Origin: Sarea resinae | Lineage: Eukaryota | DNA: 64,000 nucleotides | NCBI GenBank assembly: GCA_026026165.1 | Contig: JAPEUD010000001.1 | Location: forward strand, 310,001-374,000 | Direction of reading: 5' to 3' | Shown: piece by piece, positions 36,356 through 48,541 of the stretch | How positions within the stretch are numbered: the first letter of the stretch is position 1 | Layout: each line of letters begins with the position of its first letter | Program-made: the position numbers and the translations under genes | The notes under the pieces: model-generated | Told to the model about the DNA's origin: nothing | The model's input: only the letters and a program-made list of their open reading frames with translations | The model's database searches: none

Positions 36356-38582
36356 AGCACGCTACTAGGCAGGCTAGATGTTCTAGAGAGCTGCTAAACC
36401 TGTTTAGCTTAAAAAGCCTTACATTGTATATATTTATTTCGATAGTAACATATTAACATGCTAAATTTATAAGTCTTAATAATAACTAGAATATTCTTTA
36501 GTATAAGTTATACATAAAATATATAGAGGTATTGTACATTTAAATCTATTAGCTATAAGATAATATTAAAGTGTGTAAGTATAAGAGCTGTTATAATTCT
36601 AACACTATATATCTTAACACTGTTGTTACAGCATTAATAGTATCTAACACCTCCTATAGGTGTTAGAAACCTCTTATAGGTGTTAGAAATCTTTTATAGG
36701 CGTTGAACACCTTCTATAGGTGTTGAGACCTAGTAGTAACTGTAACTACAGGTGGTGTCAACACTTTCTATAGGTGTTGTAACAGTGTTAACACCTTCTA
36801 TAGGTGTTAGAAACCTCTTGTAGGTGTTGTAACAGTGTTGAAACTAACAGTAGGTGTTGAGACCTAGTAGTAACTGTAACAATAAGTGGTGTTAACACCT
36901 TCTATAGGTGTTGTAGCAGTGTTTAAACCTCTTATAGGTGTTAAACACTTTCTATAGGTGTTGACACAGTGTTAAGACTCATTGTAGGTGTTATAGTAGT
37001 AGTAGATATTTCTTAAAATTTTAAATAAGCTAATATTCACTGGGACATTCAACGATTTTTGCAAATATTATGTAAGCTTACGTAATCATGACATTTTCAT
37101 TGAATGTCTCAGTGAATTTAGGTGGTTGTGAATCTTAATAAAATCTAAGAATCTCTATATCAAAATAATATTATGGTTTTAGTAGGCTATATACTACTAT
37201 AGGGCTAGATTTTCTAACAAGACATATTGCCTAGTTAGTGTAACGTCTATCATTGATTATATAATACTTTTAGGATCGATTCCTACTGTACTTAATTTAC
37301 TTTTTCACTTTTTCCTTTAGGTTCTTATAGGTGTTAGAGCTTCTATAGGTATTTAAAGCTTTAGCAGTCTTAAACCTAGAGTAAATACAGTAGGTTTAAG
37401 ACTATTGTTACACTGTCACACAATTCTATGTATTACTGCTAGTCTTGAACTAGTAACAGGATTACCTAACCTAATTCCTTGTCTATTTACTATTTTCAAT
37501 TGATTTTCTATTTAATTCTAAACCACTAAAAAGTTGCAAAACTAATGCAACTTTAGGCTAATTAAGAGAGTATTAACACAGATTTTATACTAGTACAATC
37601 TATAGAACCACAACTAATTTTCTGCACCTATAGTAAGGTATTAAGACAGTTATAACACAGTCTTAACACAGTTACTAAAATAGCGCCAGGCACTTAAGTA
37701 CCTATAAGGTAGTATAAAGGGCTAGAAAAACTCTTATTAAGTGTATATATAGATAACTTAATATCTATAAGTATAGGCTTACTTTAAGTAGTCTACTCTA
37801 AGTAGTTCTTATCTATAAGTTACTTAAGTTATATAGCTAGAAGCAGTTAGTATAACTGCCTAGGAACTATAAAAACTATAGGACTAAGTCTTTTCAAATG
37901 AAAAAGAGAAGGTTTAAATCTTTTTTCAAAGTATTTTAGTACCTTAGGTACCTTATAGCCAACTCTAGGATTTCTAACACAGTCTTACAAGAGTATCACA
38001 CTCTAGTAGAAGCCTATATAGTGCGAAATTCCTAAACAGTGTTAAAACTATGTTGAGACTGTTACAATACCTACTATAGGTCGCAGAATTATTATTAGTT
38101 GCAGAGGTTCAGAACTACTCTTAGTTGCAACTGACTTTTGCACGCCTATAGAAAAAAATTAAAAATCAGAAAAAGTGAATTAATAACTGTAGGAATCAAT
38201 CTTAGGAGCACTATGTAATCACTAATGATTGATGTTACACTAACTAGGCTATATAACTTGTTAGAAAATCTAGCCCTATAGTAGTATATAGCCTACTAAA
38301 ACCATAATATTATTTTGATATAGAGATTTTTAGATTCTAAAAAGCCTTAGAACTATATAAATTCACTAAGACAATTGATAAAAAGTTATAATTATGTAAT
38401 TGCTTACCTAATAACTGCAAAAATTATTGAATGTCTTAATTCTTTCTAACTTCTACCTACTACACTACCTACTAGCAGTAGAATTACATTTGTTTTCACT
38501 ATATTAGAATGTTATTGCAGAATTTTAAGACTATATACACTATTACTAAACCTATAGGTACACCTAATTAGGTTACAACATC

Positions 38583-38696
38583 TTATATAGGTTGCAATAC
38601 CTAATATAGGTTGCAATACCTAATATAGGTTGTAATACCTAATATAGGTTGTAATACCTAATATAGGTTGTAATACCTAATATAGGTTGCAATACC
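38583..38696. repeat. 19-bp minisatellite, 6 copies (TAATATAGGTTG[C/T]AATACC)
   Basis: Direct reading; copies differ at a CpA/TpA site. Confidence 0.92.
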
Positions 38697-39237
38697 TTAT
38701 ATAAGTTTAAATTAGTAGTAGGTTGCAAAATATTAATAGGTTTTGAAAATCAGAAAAGTTTAGCTATTTTACAACCTATAGGAGGTTTTAAACCTTATAA
38801 CTGTGTTAGAAATAGTCTTAGAAGCACTTAAGTAATTTACTAGAAACTTCTAGTAATATTTAATTACATAAGTGATTTGTAATTAATAAACTACATTAGT
38901 AAAAATAGCGATGTACTTATAGAGGCTCTAGAAGGCTATAATTAGGCTAACTAATCTAACTAGGTAACCTAATCTAATAACTCTATAGGTTAGAGGTCTA
39001 GGTTATATTAGGCTAGATTTGTAATCTATAACCTATATCAGCAAAAATTGCAAACTGCTTCTAGAGACTCTAGAAGGCTAGAATAGCCTAGAGAGCCTAT
39101 AGAAGTTTTCGCCTCTTATAGAGTTGCTTATTCTATAGAGCTACTAAGGTAACTTATAATAGCTGTAAGAGTATATACTCTACCTTACTACTATATCAAG
39201 TAATTTTAAAACTGTGTTAAAACTGTGTTATTACTAC

Positions 39238-39722
39238 TAGGCTGGCATATAGGTTAGGTTGAACGGATTAGGGTTAGTGTTCACTAACTCTATGTAGGTT
39301 TCTAGAGTGAATGGGTTATAAAGTATAAAATCCAACCCAATTGTAAATTGGGTCGGTTTTTTCTTAGCACTACTGCACGTGACATATTGCTTATGTAATC
39401 GTAGGTCTAGGGTGTATAAACACTAAGAAAAGTCAATTTCCTATGTAATAAAAAGAGCGTTACCTCTTGTTATTACTGTTACATCCTATAGGTGCGTGAA
39501 ACTATGCTGTAATACATATAAACAGCACCTATAGGTGTGTTCTCAGTATGTAACAGTGCTGAAAATTACATGTTGGATTAAAATGGATTATCCTAGGTTG
39601 GGTTAACTATTGTTCTACTAACACACTATTAGTTAATAGGTTACTAGACTAGCCTTATCTAGTCTGTGAGCCTCATCCGCAGAACTATTGGATTGGAAAA
39701 TCCAGTTGGAGCGGCCACGCTA
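39238..39722. mobile_element. 485-bp non-autonomous hAT-type element (MITE)
   Basis: Perfect 8-bp direct repeat ATTACTAC at 39230-39237 and 39723-39730; imperfect termini TAGGCTGGC...GCCACGCTA. Confidence 0.75.
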
Positions 39723-41649
39723 ATTACTACTATAGGTGTTAAACACCTCTTAGATGTTAACACTAGTTGAGTTTTCAACACCTATAGAAAATTAAGGCAA
39801 AAAAAGTAAATTATCTATAGTAGGAACTAATCCTAGGAGCACTACATAATTAGTGATTGACGTTACACTAACTAGGCTATCTGACTTGCTAGAAAAACTA
39901 GCCCTCTAGTATTATATAGCCTATAGAAACTATAATATTATTTTGACATAGAGACTTTTAAGTTTTAGAAAAAATAACCAGACCTATTTTTAGTGAGGCA
40001 TTCAACGATTTTTGCAAGATTACATAATTGCTTATGTAATATTTGCAAAAATCGTCAAATATCTCAGTGAATATTAGCTTATTTAAAATTTCAAGAAATA
40101 TCTACTACTACTATAATACCTACTATTAGTTTTAACACTATGTTAACACTTATAAGAGGTTTCTAACACCTATAGAAGGTGATAACACTACCTATAGTTG
40201 CAGTTACTACTAGGTCTTAACACTTACAATTAGTTTTAACATTGTTACAACACTGTTTTAACACTGTTACAACACTGTTTCAACACTGTTTCAACACTGT
40301 TTTAACACCTATAGATAGTGTTAGATACTGTTAATACTGTAATAACACAGTGTTAGGATATATAGAGTAGGCACTTAAGTACTCTTAATAGCTATAGAAG
40401 CATATAATACTAGGTATATACTATGTATATACTCTAATAACTAGTTAATACTACTAGTGCAACTTTATAAACTTAGGACTTATAGGTAGTTCTAGTATAC
40501 CTAGCCTATAGAACTACTTACTTTAAGTAGGCTATAGATTTAGTGCTAACTAATTATAGAGTGGATTTTTATAAATTTTTATTTAGAAAGTCTTAGTGTT
40601 ACCTAATATATATAGTACTAGAGCTGCTTTCGCTAAATTTTCGCTTGATTTTTTAGCTTATATTTAATTTAGTGAATTCTTATAAAGTATTACTATATAA
40701 TCTATAGTATTATAAAGTTATATAGTAGTATTATTAGAATATATAGTAAATAGGAATATTATAAAGTTATTATAAGATTTTATAGGTATTATAACACTAT
40801 AAGTGTATAAAACGTTTAATATTTTTACAAGGATAGGTAATATAGGTTATATAGAGCACTTATAGTCACTTATACTAGAGTATACTGTTTTTTTACTAGA
40901 ATAAGTAGTATATTATAAGGGCTTCTATAAATAAGTATATAGAGTACTATACTAGTAAAGTGTAAGTAGTGTAAGTAATTAAGCTCTAGCTTTATTGTAA
41001 TACTAGTATTTAGTGATAGAAAGAGAGGTTATATATCTATATAATAATACTAGTTTACTAGGAATTAGTATTTAGTAGATTTATAGAGTTAGTGCCTACT
41101 AGTAATTATTAATAGCATTGGTTTTATATCTCTATATTAGTTATTAGTAGTATTATAGCCTACTCTACTATAGCTAGAAGTCTAAAAAGTAGCTTAATAT
41201 ATATAAAAGTAATAATAGGTTTTAAAGGCTATTTAGATATAATTTAGCTCTAAAGAACTAAAGAAGAAGTAGTATTATAGTTATTATTATAAAAGCAAAG
41301 TCCTATAGGTGTTCTATATATAATAAAGGTTATAATTCTATTACCTCTAACTCTTTAAGTTAGGTAAAGATTATAAGTAGGCTGTAGAAATCTTACCTCT
41401 AGGTCTTAATATAATTCTAATACATTTATAATATAATTTACCTTATTAAGAAACTACTTATAGAGGCTAGACACAATTAAAATTAGGTGTAGCTATTAGT
41501 CTATATAAACTCTTTACAGGTATACAGACAGATAAATAGGTGTATACCTAATAATTTAATAGTTTTTAATATCTAATGTTTAAATAACAAGGTTAGTCTC
41601 ACGCTACCTCTTAGCATTAGTAGCCTATCTAAAGACCTCTTTAGATTTT

Positions 41650-44298
41650 CTAACTAGATATGTTATTGCTTGATCCCCAGATAATATCTAATGTCTCGTT
41701 GATCTTATCGAGAAAATCAGAAAGTCCTGGCGCCGAATCTGCATCGCTCGGGAAAAAAGTGTTCAGGGTAGGCAAAGAAGGACCACATTCGCCAATTTCT
41801 AGATTTGCTTGCTGCCCAACAATGTTGTCCCATTCGGCGTTGTACATCGAGACCTGCCAATGCTCACCAGCATTCACCGATCCACGGCCGGAGAGGGTAG
41901 TTTGACGGGAAAACAGCTCATATTTAGAGGCTTCCAGAACATAAGCGCTCCGTCGCATGCTGTATCGATAGGAGCTTTTCTGGATGAAGAAACGCGTATC
42001 AATAGTCTCTGTAAAGGTAATAAGCGGCTCTTTCGACGTGATTGGATCCGGGTTGATGTTGAGACGTATGCAGTCAGCAAATTTATGCATCTTCGGCGTA
42101 ATTTGAGAATATTCAATGGCGTTGTTCGCGGCAACCTCAAATTGCCAGGCCGAATCCCTGGATCGTAACGTCAATAGACTAGATCTTGCAACGCCTGAGC
42201 ATGGGTGTCTGACTTTTCAAGGTCTACGAAATTGAGGTTCAAGGGCATCAAGATTTTGCCTGACTTTTCCATGCCATTGGTTCCGTTGCTGTTGTTGATC
42301 CTGAACCACTTTTTCAAAGGTACTTCGAATTCCCCAGGTTTTGTGCTCTTTCGAAACTCGATTTCAAGTCGCAAGTGGCCCATACCATCCGAGCTCGCAA
42401 CTTCAAACATAGCGGAATAAATTGGGCGGACCTCTTCAAGGGCTCCACACATGACATCCATTGGTTCCAATACACTACGAGCCCCACAGCAGCGCGAGAT
42501 AAGCTCACCTTCGCTGGAGAGGTGCTTGAGGCTGGGAATCAGAATCAGCGGAGAACTAACAACGAATGTTGTGGAAGTCTAACTTACTTGCGATCTATCT
42601 CTCCACTGGTCTGGAAGTTTTCCATCATCAACATGAAATCTCTGATCCCGAGTCGACCCCCTTTAGGCTTCTTATAACCCGTCAGATAAAGCGAACCAAA
42701 GTGGACCCGGACACGAATATGCCCTCGGTGAAAGCGTAATTTCTTCAGACAATCATCTATCGCTTCGCGTAGACGTCTCAAGTTTGATGAAAGGGCTCTG
42801 GACCTAAGTCCAGCCCATTCGTTAAGTTCTCTTCCAGTGAACCTGGATCCTGTCAACATTGGCAATACGGGTGCCATGCTCGGAGAGACGGAATCCTTGG
42901 GAATTTTCTCCGGGATTAATTTGACTTCTTTACGTGCCCCCTCGATGCTTGGAGGATTGACGAGATAGAGCCTTGTAGGCCTACTGCTGCGTACCATAAT
43001 TTCACAAATGGTCACTCGAATACGCTTGATAGCCTGGTCAACGTTGGTAAGATCATGGCCCAGGATTTTCAGGAGCGAGCTCCCACTTTCGTAGATGACG
43101 TGACAACGGCAAGACATCCGAACTGGATCGAGAGCTTCCAGATTGTGGCCTAATGTAGCTTCTATCCGAAGCTCCGAGCTCGGCCACAAGAAATATCCCT
43201 TTAGAAGTTAGGGATTGGTTTTGAACCTTCAAGGTAACCATAGAGTAGCTGGGAACAAAGCGACTGGACTCACCATGATATTGAAGGCGTCAGATCCTTC
43301 AGGAGCTCGACGATATGATCGCTGGTCTGCCTGCTCTTCCTTCTCCTTTGCAATGGCTGTCTTCTTCTTATCTGTCAGAGAAGGTATCCTCGGGAAGGTT
43401 TCCTTCTCTCCAGCTTGGACAGTCAAATAAGAATCATAGTATCGGTGCTTGATCCACGCAGCTAGCTCGCTTTTGGCCGCTAGGACTTGCTCCTCACTTC
43501 CCCATATAGAGAATTTCTTTGAGATCCATTGTCAGCAGACGGATGCCGGTAAGATATTCGGTTTTTGGAAGGGACTAGCTAAAGGCTTACCGGCTCGAGG
43601 CGGTTTGCAGCTTGGTCTGCCTGCTCGACGAACGCTCCTGTCGCGTGGTTGATGCGTTCAATAATAGGGAGGGGTACTGCGATCCGAGTAGAGACCGGTC
43701 CGGGGCGGTGCTTCTTTGGCAGCCTAAATGAAATTAGGAGATAATACCTTAATTCTTTGAGGACCGACTTACGGAAGCCCTCCGATTATGTCACCAGACG
43801 ATGGCAAGAACGTGCCTGAATTTGTGAGTATGAGGAACTTCTGTAGTGCAAAAGGTCTACCAACCTGTCGCTGGCTGCCTGCTTCGCCAGGCGGCCTTCG
43901 CCCGACTGTCTTCGTTCACGATGAGATGATTCGTATAGTTGTGTTTAACAGTCTTGGGAAGAGACTTGAAAGGTGCAATCTTCTGACCAGTGGGCGGCAA
44001 GGATATGGCATGGCGTGAAAATTCGGCTTGCGCGTCCGCCTCTTTTTTGTGAAACAGTTCTCTGGAGAGGCTTTGCTGCCAGACATTATCATATGACTCG
44101 GAGCGGCCACCGGGACCTTTTATCGACCGACTTAATCCGGAATTCCATTCTGATAGTGGGGATTTAGAATGGCCAGCAGCTTAGGGAAACTTATAGAGAT
44201 CACGGAAATACCTAGAGCATTGTCATTTTCAAAGCTGCAAAAGCCCGTCAGTACAGACCTGCTAGAAGTTGGCTAGTCTGCACTTACTCTCCCTCCAT
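41650..44298 (-). CDS. Uncharacterised multi-exon fungal protein with a degenerate KH-like segment
   Basis: Exons splice in phase from MEG|DFENDNAL|EWNSG... through IIERINHATGAFV...|KFSIWGSEEQVLAAKSELAAWIK and ...LEALDPVRMSCRCHV... to the stop at 41650. Confidence 0.75.
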
Positions 44299-45756
44299 GA
44301 CGTTGGTCCGCCAATATAGGATTTGTTTATTGCGCAAGTGCTTGAATTGCAAGGCTACTATACCCCAGGAGCATCTTGTTAGCCAGGAAGTGGATAGTCA
44401 ATTTGTTCAGGGAGAACATAAAGCTTGCGAGACTGCGAATATGCACCTTAATGTGACTTGTAGGGAGTACAACTTTTTCTAGTAGGACTGTAGGTCTAGC
44501 GGGCGACTAGCCGTTGACAGAGACTCTCGTGGAAGGAAGAATCACCGGGAATCCGAAATGCTCTGTCCTTGGTTTCAGAAGCTTACCATGGCACTCGACG
44601 GATGGATGGTCGGCTATGAAATTGTTGGGTGGAAACCTGGAGTTAGTTGGTAATGGCTTAGAGAAGTTTCTGGCCGAAAAGTTTACCACCAATATTGGCG
44701 TCGATGTCGGGCAGAAGAAGAATGATGCGGTCCGGAGGATCTTCTCTAGAAATTTAGCTCGGTTGGTGTGTGATATCAAAATGCCATACTTCGTACCAGA
44801 ACGTAAGCCAAAGGTAAGGTAAGATAGGTTGCCAGTGAGGTGTCTATGCCGACTATCGAGTAATGGAAAGAGACTTGAAGCAGGAATTCATAGATGTGAA
44901 TCGTGGTGGGGAAGATTAGTGAAGACGACGTTTGATGATTTATCTAGTGCTTGCTTGTTGATGGATGTCCATGAATGAACCTTGACAAGTGAATTGAATC
45001 TGGATAGATATGACTTAGAACCCAGCGATCTGACGGATGGACTCGAGTTGGCGGCCCATATGATCCATTGGATGGGAATTATTCAAAGCATGACCTCGGA
45101 CCACTCGAAGATGTCGACGCTGGATGCGACTTTCGAATCCGTAGAAGACAATGCACCTTTATGTGATGGACACCTGACAAGATGATAGAGAATTGGTACA
45201 GGAACCTGCCCGGAAAGGACGGGACTCGACGACAACGGAAGCGTCTGACGTAGGTAGGGGGGATATGGGAAGCTGCAGACATATTGTCTTGGAAGGATGG
45301 ATCCATCTACTGGTATATTTGCGTCGGCTTTATATCTGCTTCGACAAATGTCAAAACGTCCAGCACCATATAGTCGAGGAAACACCTCGATAGTAGAGTA
45401 TCAAAAGCATTCACTCTACCACCTACCTAAAATACCTAGGAGCTGGAGATAGATACCTAAGGAAGACTGGCATGATACGACGGAGAGATGATTCAACGGG
45501 TGCAGGTGGGTTAATGGTTCACGATCATAGCGACCGCGTTGAGACGGCAACCTAAGGTAATGCCGCTATTTGAATTATGTAGTGGGAGACAAGGTACCTA
45601 AGGTACCGTCACTAGATATGGATGGCACATCGTGTATTTATGTATTCCATACATTAGTTTCATCAATCCGATGGTATCTTGTATCGTATCTGTACTCGTA
45701 CTTTGTATGAAGTATCTGGCGTTTCTCCATCGGTCCAGGGGTACCATGACCGAGGC

Positions 45757-45818
45757 GGGCGCGCGAACGCGTCTTCCCGGTCCTATCTGGACTGCTGTGC
45801 ACGCGCGTAACCGCGTTC
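45757..45818. promoter_or_regulatory. MCB-like (ACGCGT/CGCG) cluster upstream of ORC1
   Basis: ACGCGT at 45767 with GCGCGCGAA, ACGCGCGT and CCGCGT nearby, about 250 bp before the ORC1 ATG. Confidence 0.55.
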
Positions 45819-46020
45819 CTTGCTTCGTAGTACAACGTACTCGACTAGCTTAGGTACCTACCTAATGTACCTTATCGATATGCCAGGGGCATTACTCGGG
45901 CTGCTGAGCGAAGCGGCGACGGCTGGCACAGACCTTGGGCTTCACGGACATTGGGATTCACTCGTATCACTGCCCTTTTCAGTAGTGCTGCCAGGAAGAT
46001 CTTTACTCAAGACAAGGAAT

Positions 46021-48541
46021 ATGACCAGACAATCAAGAGTCGACCGGGCGCGACGACAATTGACAGGTGCTGGTGTCAATAGAGAAGATTCGGACGATGA
46101 GCTCGGCCTGGAAGACCACCCATGGGAATGGATCTATGGGGAAGCCAATGGCGCAGACCTGGACGCGCAAAAGTCTAATGAGTCACTCGTCGGCACTTCT
46201 GATACTGAGTCGGCAGACGCTTTGGGACAGGACATCGCCAATCGAAACCGGAAGAGAAAAGGTCTCCCTGTACCGGTAGAGAGGAAGATAATTGGCGCAA
46301 GAATGGGCGACTTTCAGTGTCAGATTGGCGATTGCGTTCTTCTCAAATCCGAACTGTCTAATGAGGCATGGGTCGGTCTGATATGCGAATTTCTCGAGGA
46401 CGAAGATGAAGAGAAAGCCGCAAATTTCATGTGGTTTTCGACGGAAAAGGAGATACGTAACAAGATTAAGAAGAGGACAGATTTTGAGCAGGTAAGAGGT
46501 TCATCCTCTTTGAAGGCCTGCTTTGGCTCTGTTCTTACGTTTGTGATTCCAGAATGAACTTTATATCAGCCCCTCATGGGATATCAACCCTTTAGCTTCC
46601 ATAAATGGAAAAGCTTCTGTCATGTCTCTCGAAAGCTTTTTATCGAGATATCCTGATCGCAGGGTACCCAAGAACGCCAAAGAGTTCGGCAAGACATTCA
46701 TATGTCGAAGAGGTTGTAACACTCGGACCGCAACTTACACTGACGAATTCATATGGGAGGATATATACAAAGGAACAGAAGCACACATATTTGCCCTGAT
46801 TGAGCGCATCAAGAGCGAGACTAAATCGACAAGAAAACGGCGCGGCAAGCGTTCAGAGGACGATGATAATCGAGATGAAGTGCGTTGTATGTTTCACATG
46901 TCAAGCAGAAGGAATCTAATCTTTGCAGTTCGTACAAGGAGATGAGCCTCATTGCCACCCAGAGACTCCCAGGAAGAAGAGGAAGCTCGATTCAGTCTCA
47001 ACGCCGACATCGAGGCATTTTGACAAGACACCACAAAAGTTTACCACCCCATCGCACAAACGGTAATTAATATCAAGGAACCTAAAGGATAGTGCTAATG
47101 GGGAACAGAGTCACCATAAAAAAACCTCTAGAATTTACGCCTCTTGGTACTAGAATTCTTTCCCCTAGCCGTGTTTCGTCCTCCCCCTTCCAGATAGCAA
47201 GGTCAAGGCTTCATGTATCGTCTGTTCCGGCGACACTTCCATGCCGAGAACAGGAGTTCGCAGCTGTATACTCACACTTGGAAACCGCAATATCTGACGG
47301 ATCCAGCTCCTGCATATATATTTCTGGCACTCCAGGAACAGGAAAGACGGCGACAGTGAGGGAGGTTATTGCCCAACTCAATGCAGCAGTCCTAGCAGAT
47401 GAAATAGACGATTTCATCTTCGTTGAAATTAACGGTATGAAGGTGACAGACCCACATCAATCATATTCCCTACTTTGGGAAGCTTTGAAAGGAGACAGAA
47501 TAAGTCCAGCGCATGCATTGGAATTACTCGAGCACGAGTTCGGGAACCCCAGCCCCCGAAGAGTTCCTTGCGTTGTTCTCATGGATGAGCTCGACCAATT
47601 GGTGACGAGAAATCAAAGCGTAATGTATAACTTTTTCAATTGGCCAGGCCTACGGCATAGTAGGCTCATCGTTCTAGCTGTGGCCAACACCATGGATTTA
47701 CCAGAACGAACATTGAGTAATAAAATTAGCAGTCGGCTCGGTAGTATCCCTCTTTCTCTGTCGTTCACCATGCTAAAGCTGACATGAAACAGGCTTAACC
47801 AGAATAACATTCCCAGGCTATACCCACGATCAGCTCATGAGGATTGTCCAGTCTCGGCTCGAAGGGGTTCCTGGAGACATTGTCGACTCGGATGCCGTAC
47901 AATTCGCTAGCCGAAAAGTTGCGGCTGTGAGTGGGGACGCACGCCGAGCGCTCGACATCTGCAGAAGAGCGGTGGAAATTGCTGAAGCAGGAAGTAGAGA
48001 CGACGCTATTCTACCACCAACTCCAACTAAAAAGGCTAAGGAGGGAAATGCTTCTACCAAGCCCAAGGCGGCAAAAGTTACAATAAACACGATCAAACAA
48101 GCCATCAACGAGGCAACTACAAGTCCTCTTCAGCAGTATCTCCGCTGTCTGCCATTAGCGTCTAAGGTGTTTTTAGCAGCTGTTTTATCGAGGGTAGAGA
48201 GGACAGGAATCGCAGAGAGCGTCGTTGGCGACGTCCTTGAGGAGGCCAAACGGATTGGGCGTATGGCCGACAACATTGACGTCCAAAATACGCTCATGTC
48301 GGAAGCGACGATAGCACTTAAGCAGAAGCATCCACCGAGATGGTCTCAATCTGTGATTATCCCTCCTCGTGTATTGTCCATGGGAGGAGCTGCCATGGAG
48401 TTAATGGAGGCAGGCATCGTTGGATTTGAAGTACGAAAGGGCGAAAGGACTGGTAAGGTTCGACTGAGCGTTGGCAATGAGGAGGTCAAGCTTGCATTAA
48501 GAGACGACCCTGAAGTGCGAGGTCTTGGTTTTGCAAATTAA
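46021..48541 (+). CDS. ORC1: Origin recognition complex subunit 1 (BAH + AAA+)
   Basis: BAH region (IGDCVLLK...AWVGLI), LPCREQEF, YISGTPGTGKTATV, MDELDQL, ANTMDLPER and SGDARRALDICRRA. Confidence 0.96.

Larger units (their letters stand above)
36603..40367. mobile_element. Degenerate foldback-type DNA element with ~0.6-0.7 kb inverted arms (36603-~37340 and ~39775-40367) and a third partial arm (~38145-38440)
   Basis: Arms align as reverse complements (e.g. TAGTAGTAGTAGATATTTCTTAAAATTTTAAATAAGCTAATATTCACT vs AGTGAATATTAGCTTATTTAAAATTTCAAGAAATATCTACTACTACTA). Many CTATAGGTGTT/AACACCTATAG subrepeats. Confidence 0.75.
36360..41645. other. AT-rich, TpA-rich hypermutated (RIP-like) repeat island with no ORF >=60 aa
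   Basis: Abrupt compositional shift, dense TA/TAG/CTA, empty ORF track; repeat copies differ mainly by C>T and G>A transitions. Confidence 0.9.

Noticed and set aside
36640..36995. Regularly spaced CTATAGGTGTT repeats resembling a CRISPR array
   Set aside because: Eukaryotic context, spacers are themselves repetitive and variable in length, and there are no cas genes. These are subterminal repeats of the foldback element.
40370..41645. Possible relic transposase or retroelement coding region
   Set aside because: Too saturated with stops and TpA to recognise any motif by eye; included only as part of the AT-rich island.
36360..41645. AT-rich island as a centromere or Starship-type giant element
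   Set aside because: Short, flanked closely by ordinary genes, with no tyrosine-recombinase captain gene or supportable boundary repeats.
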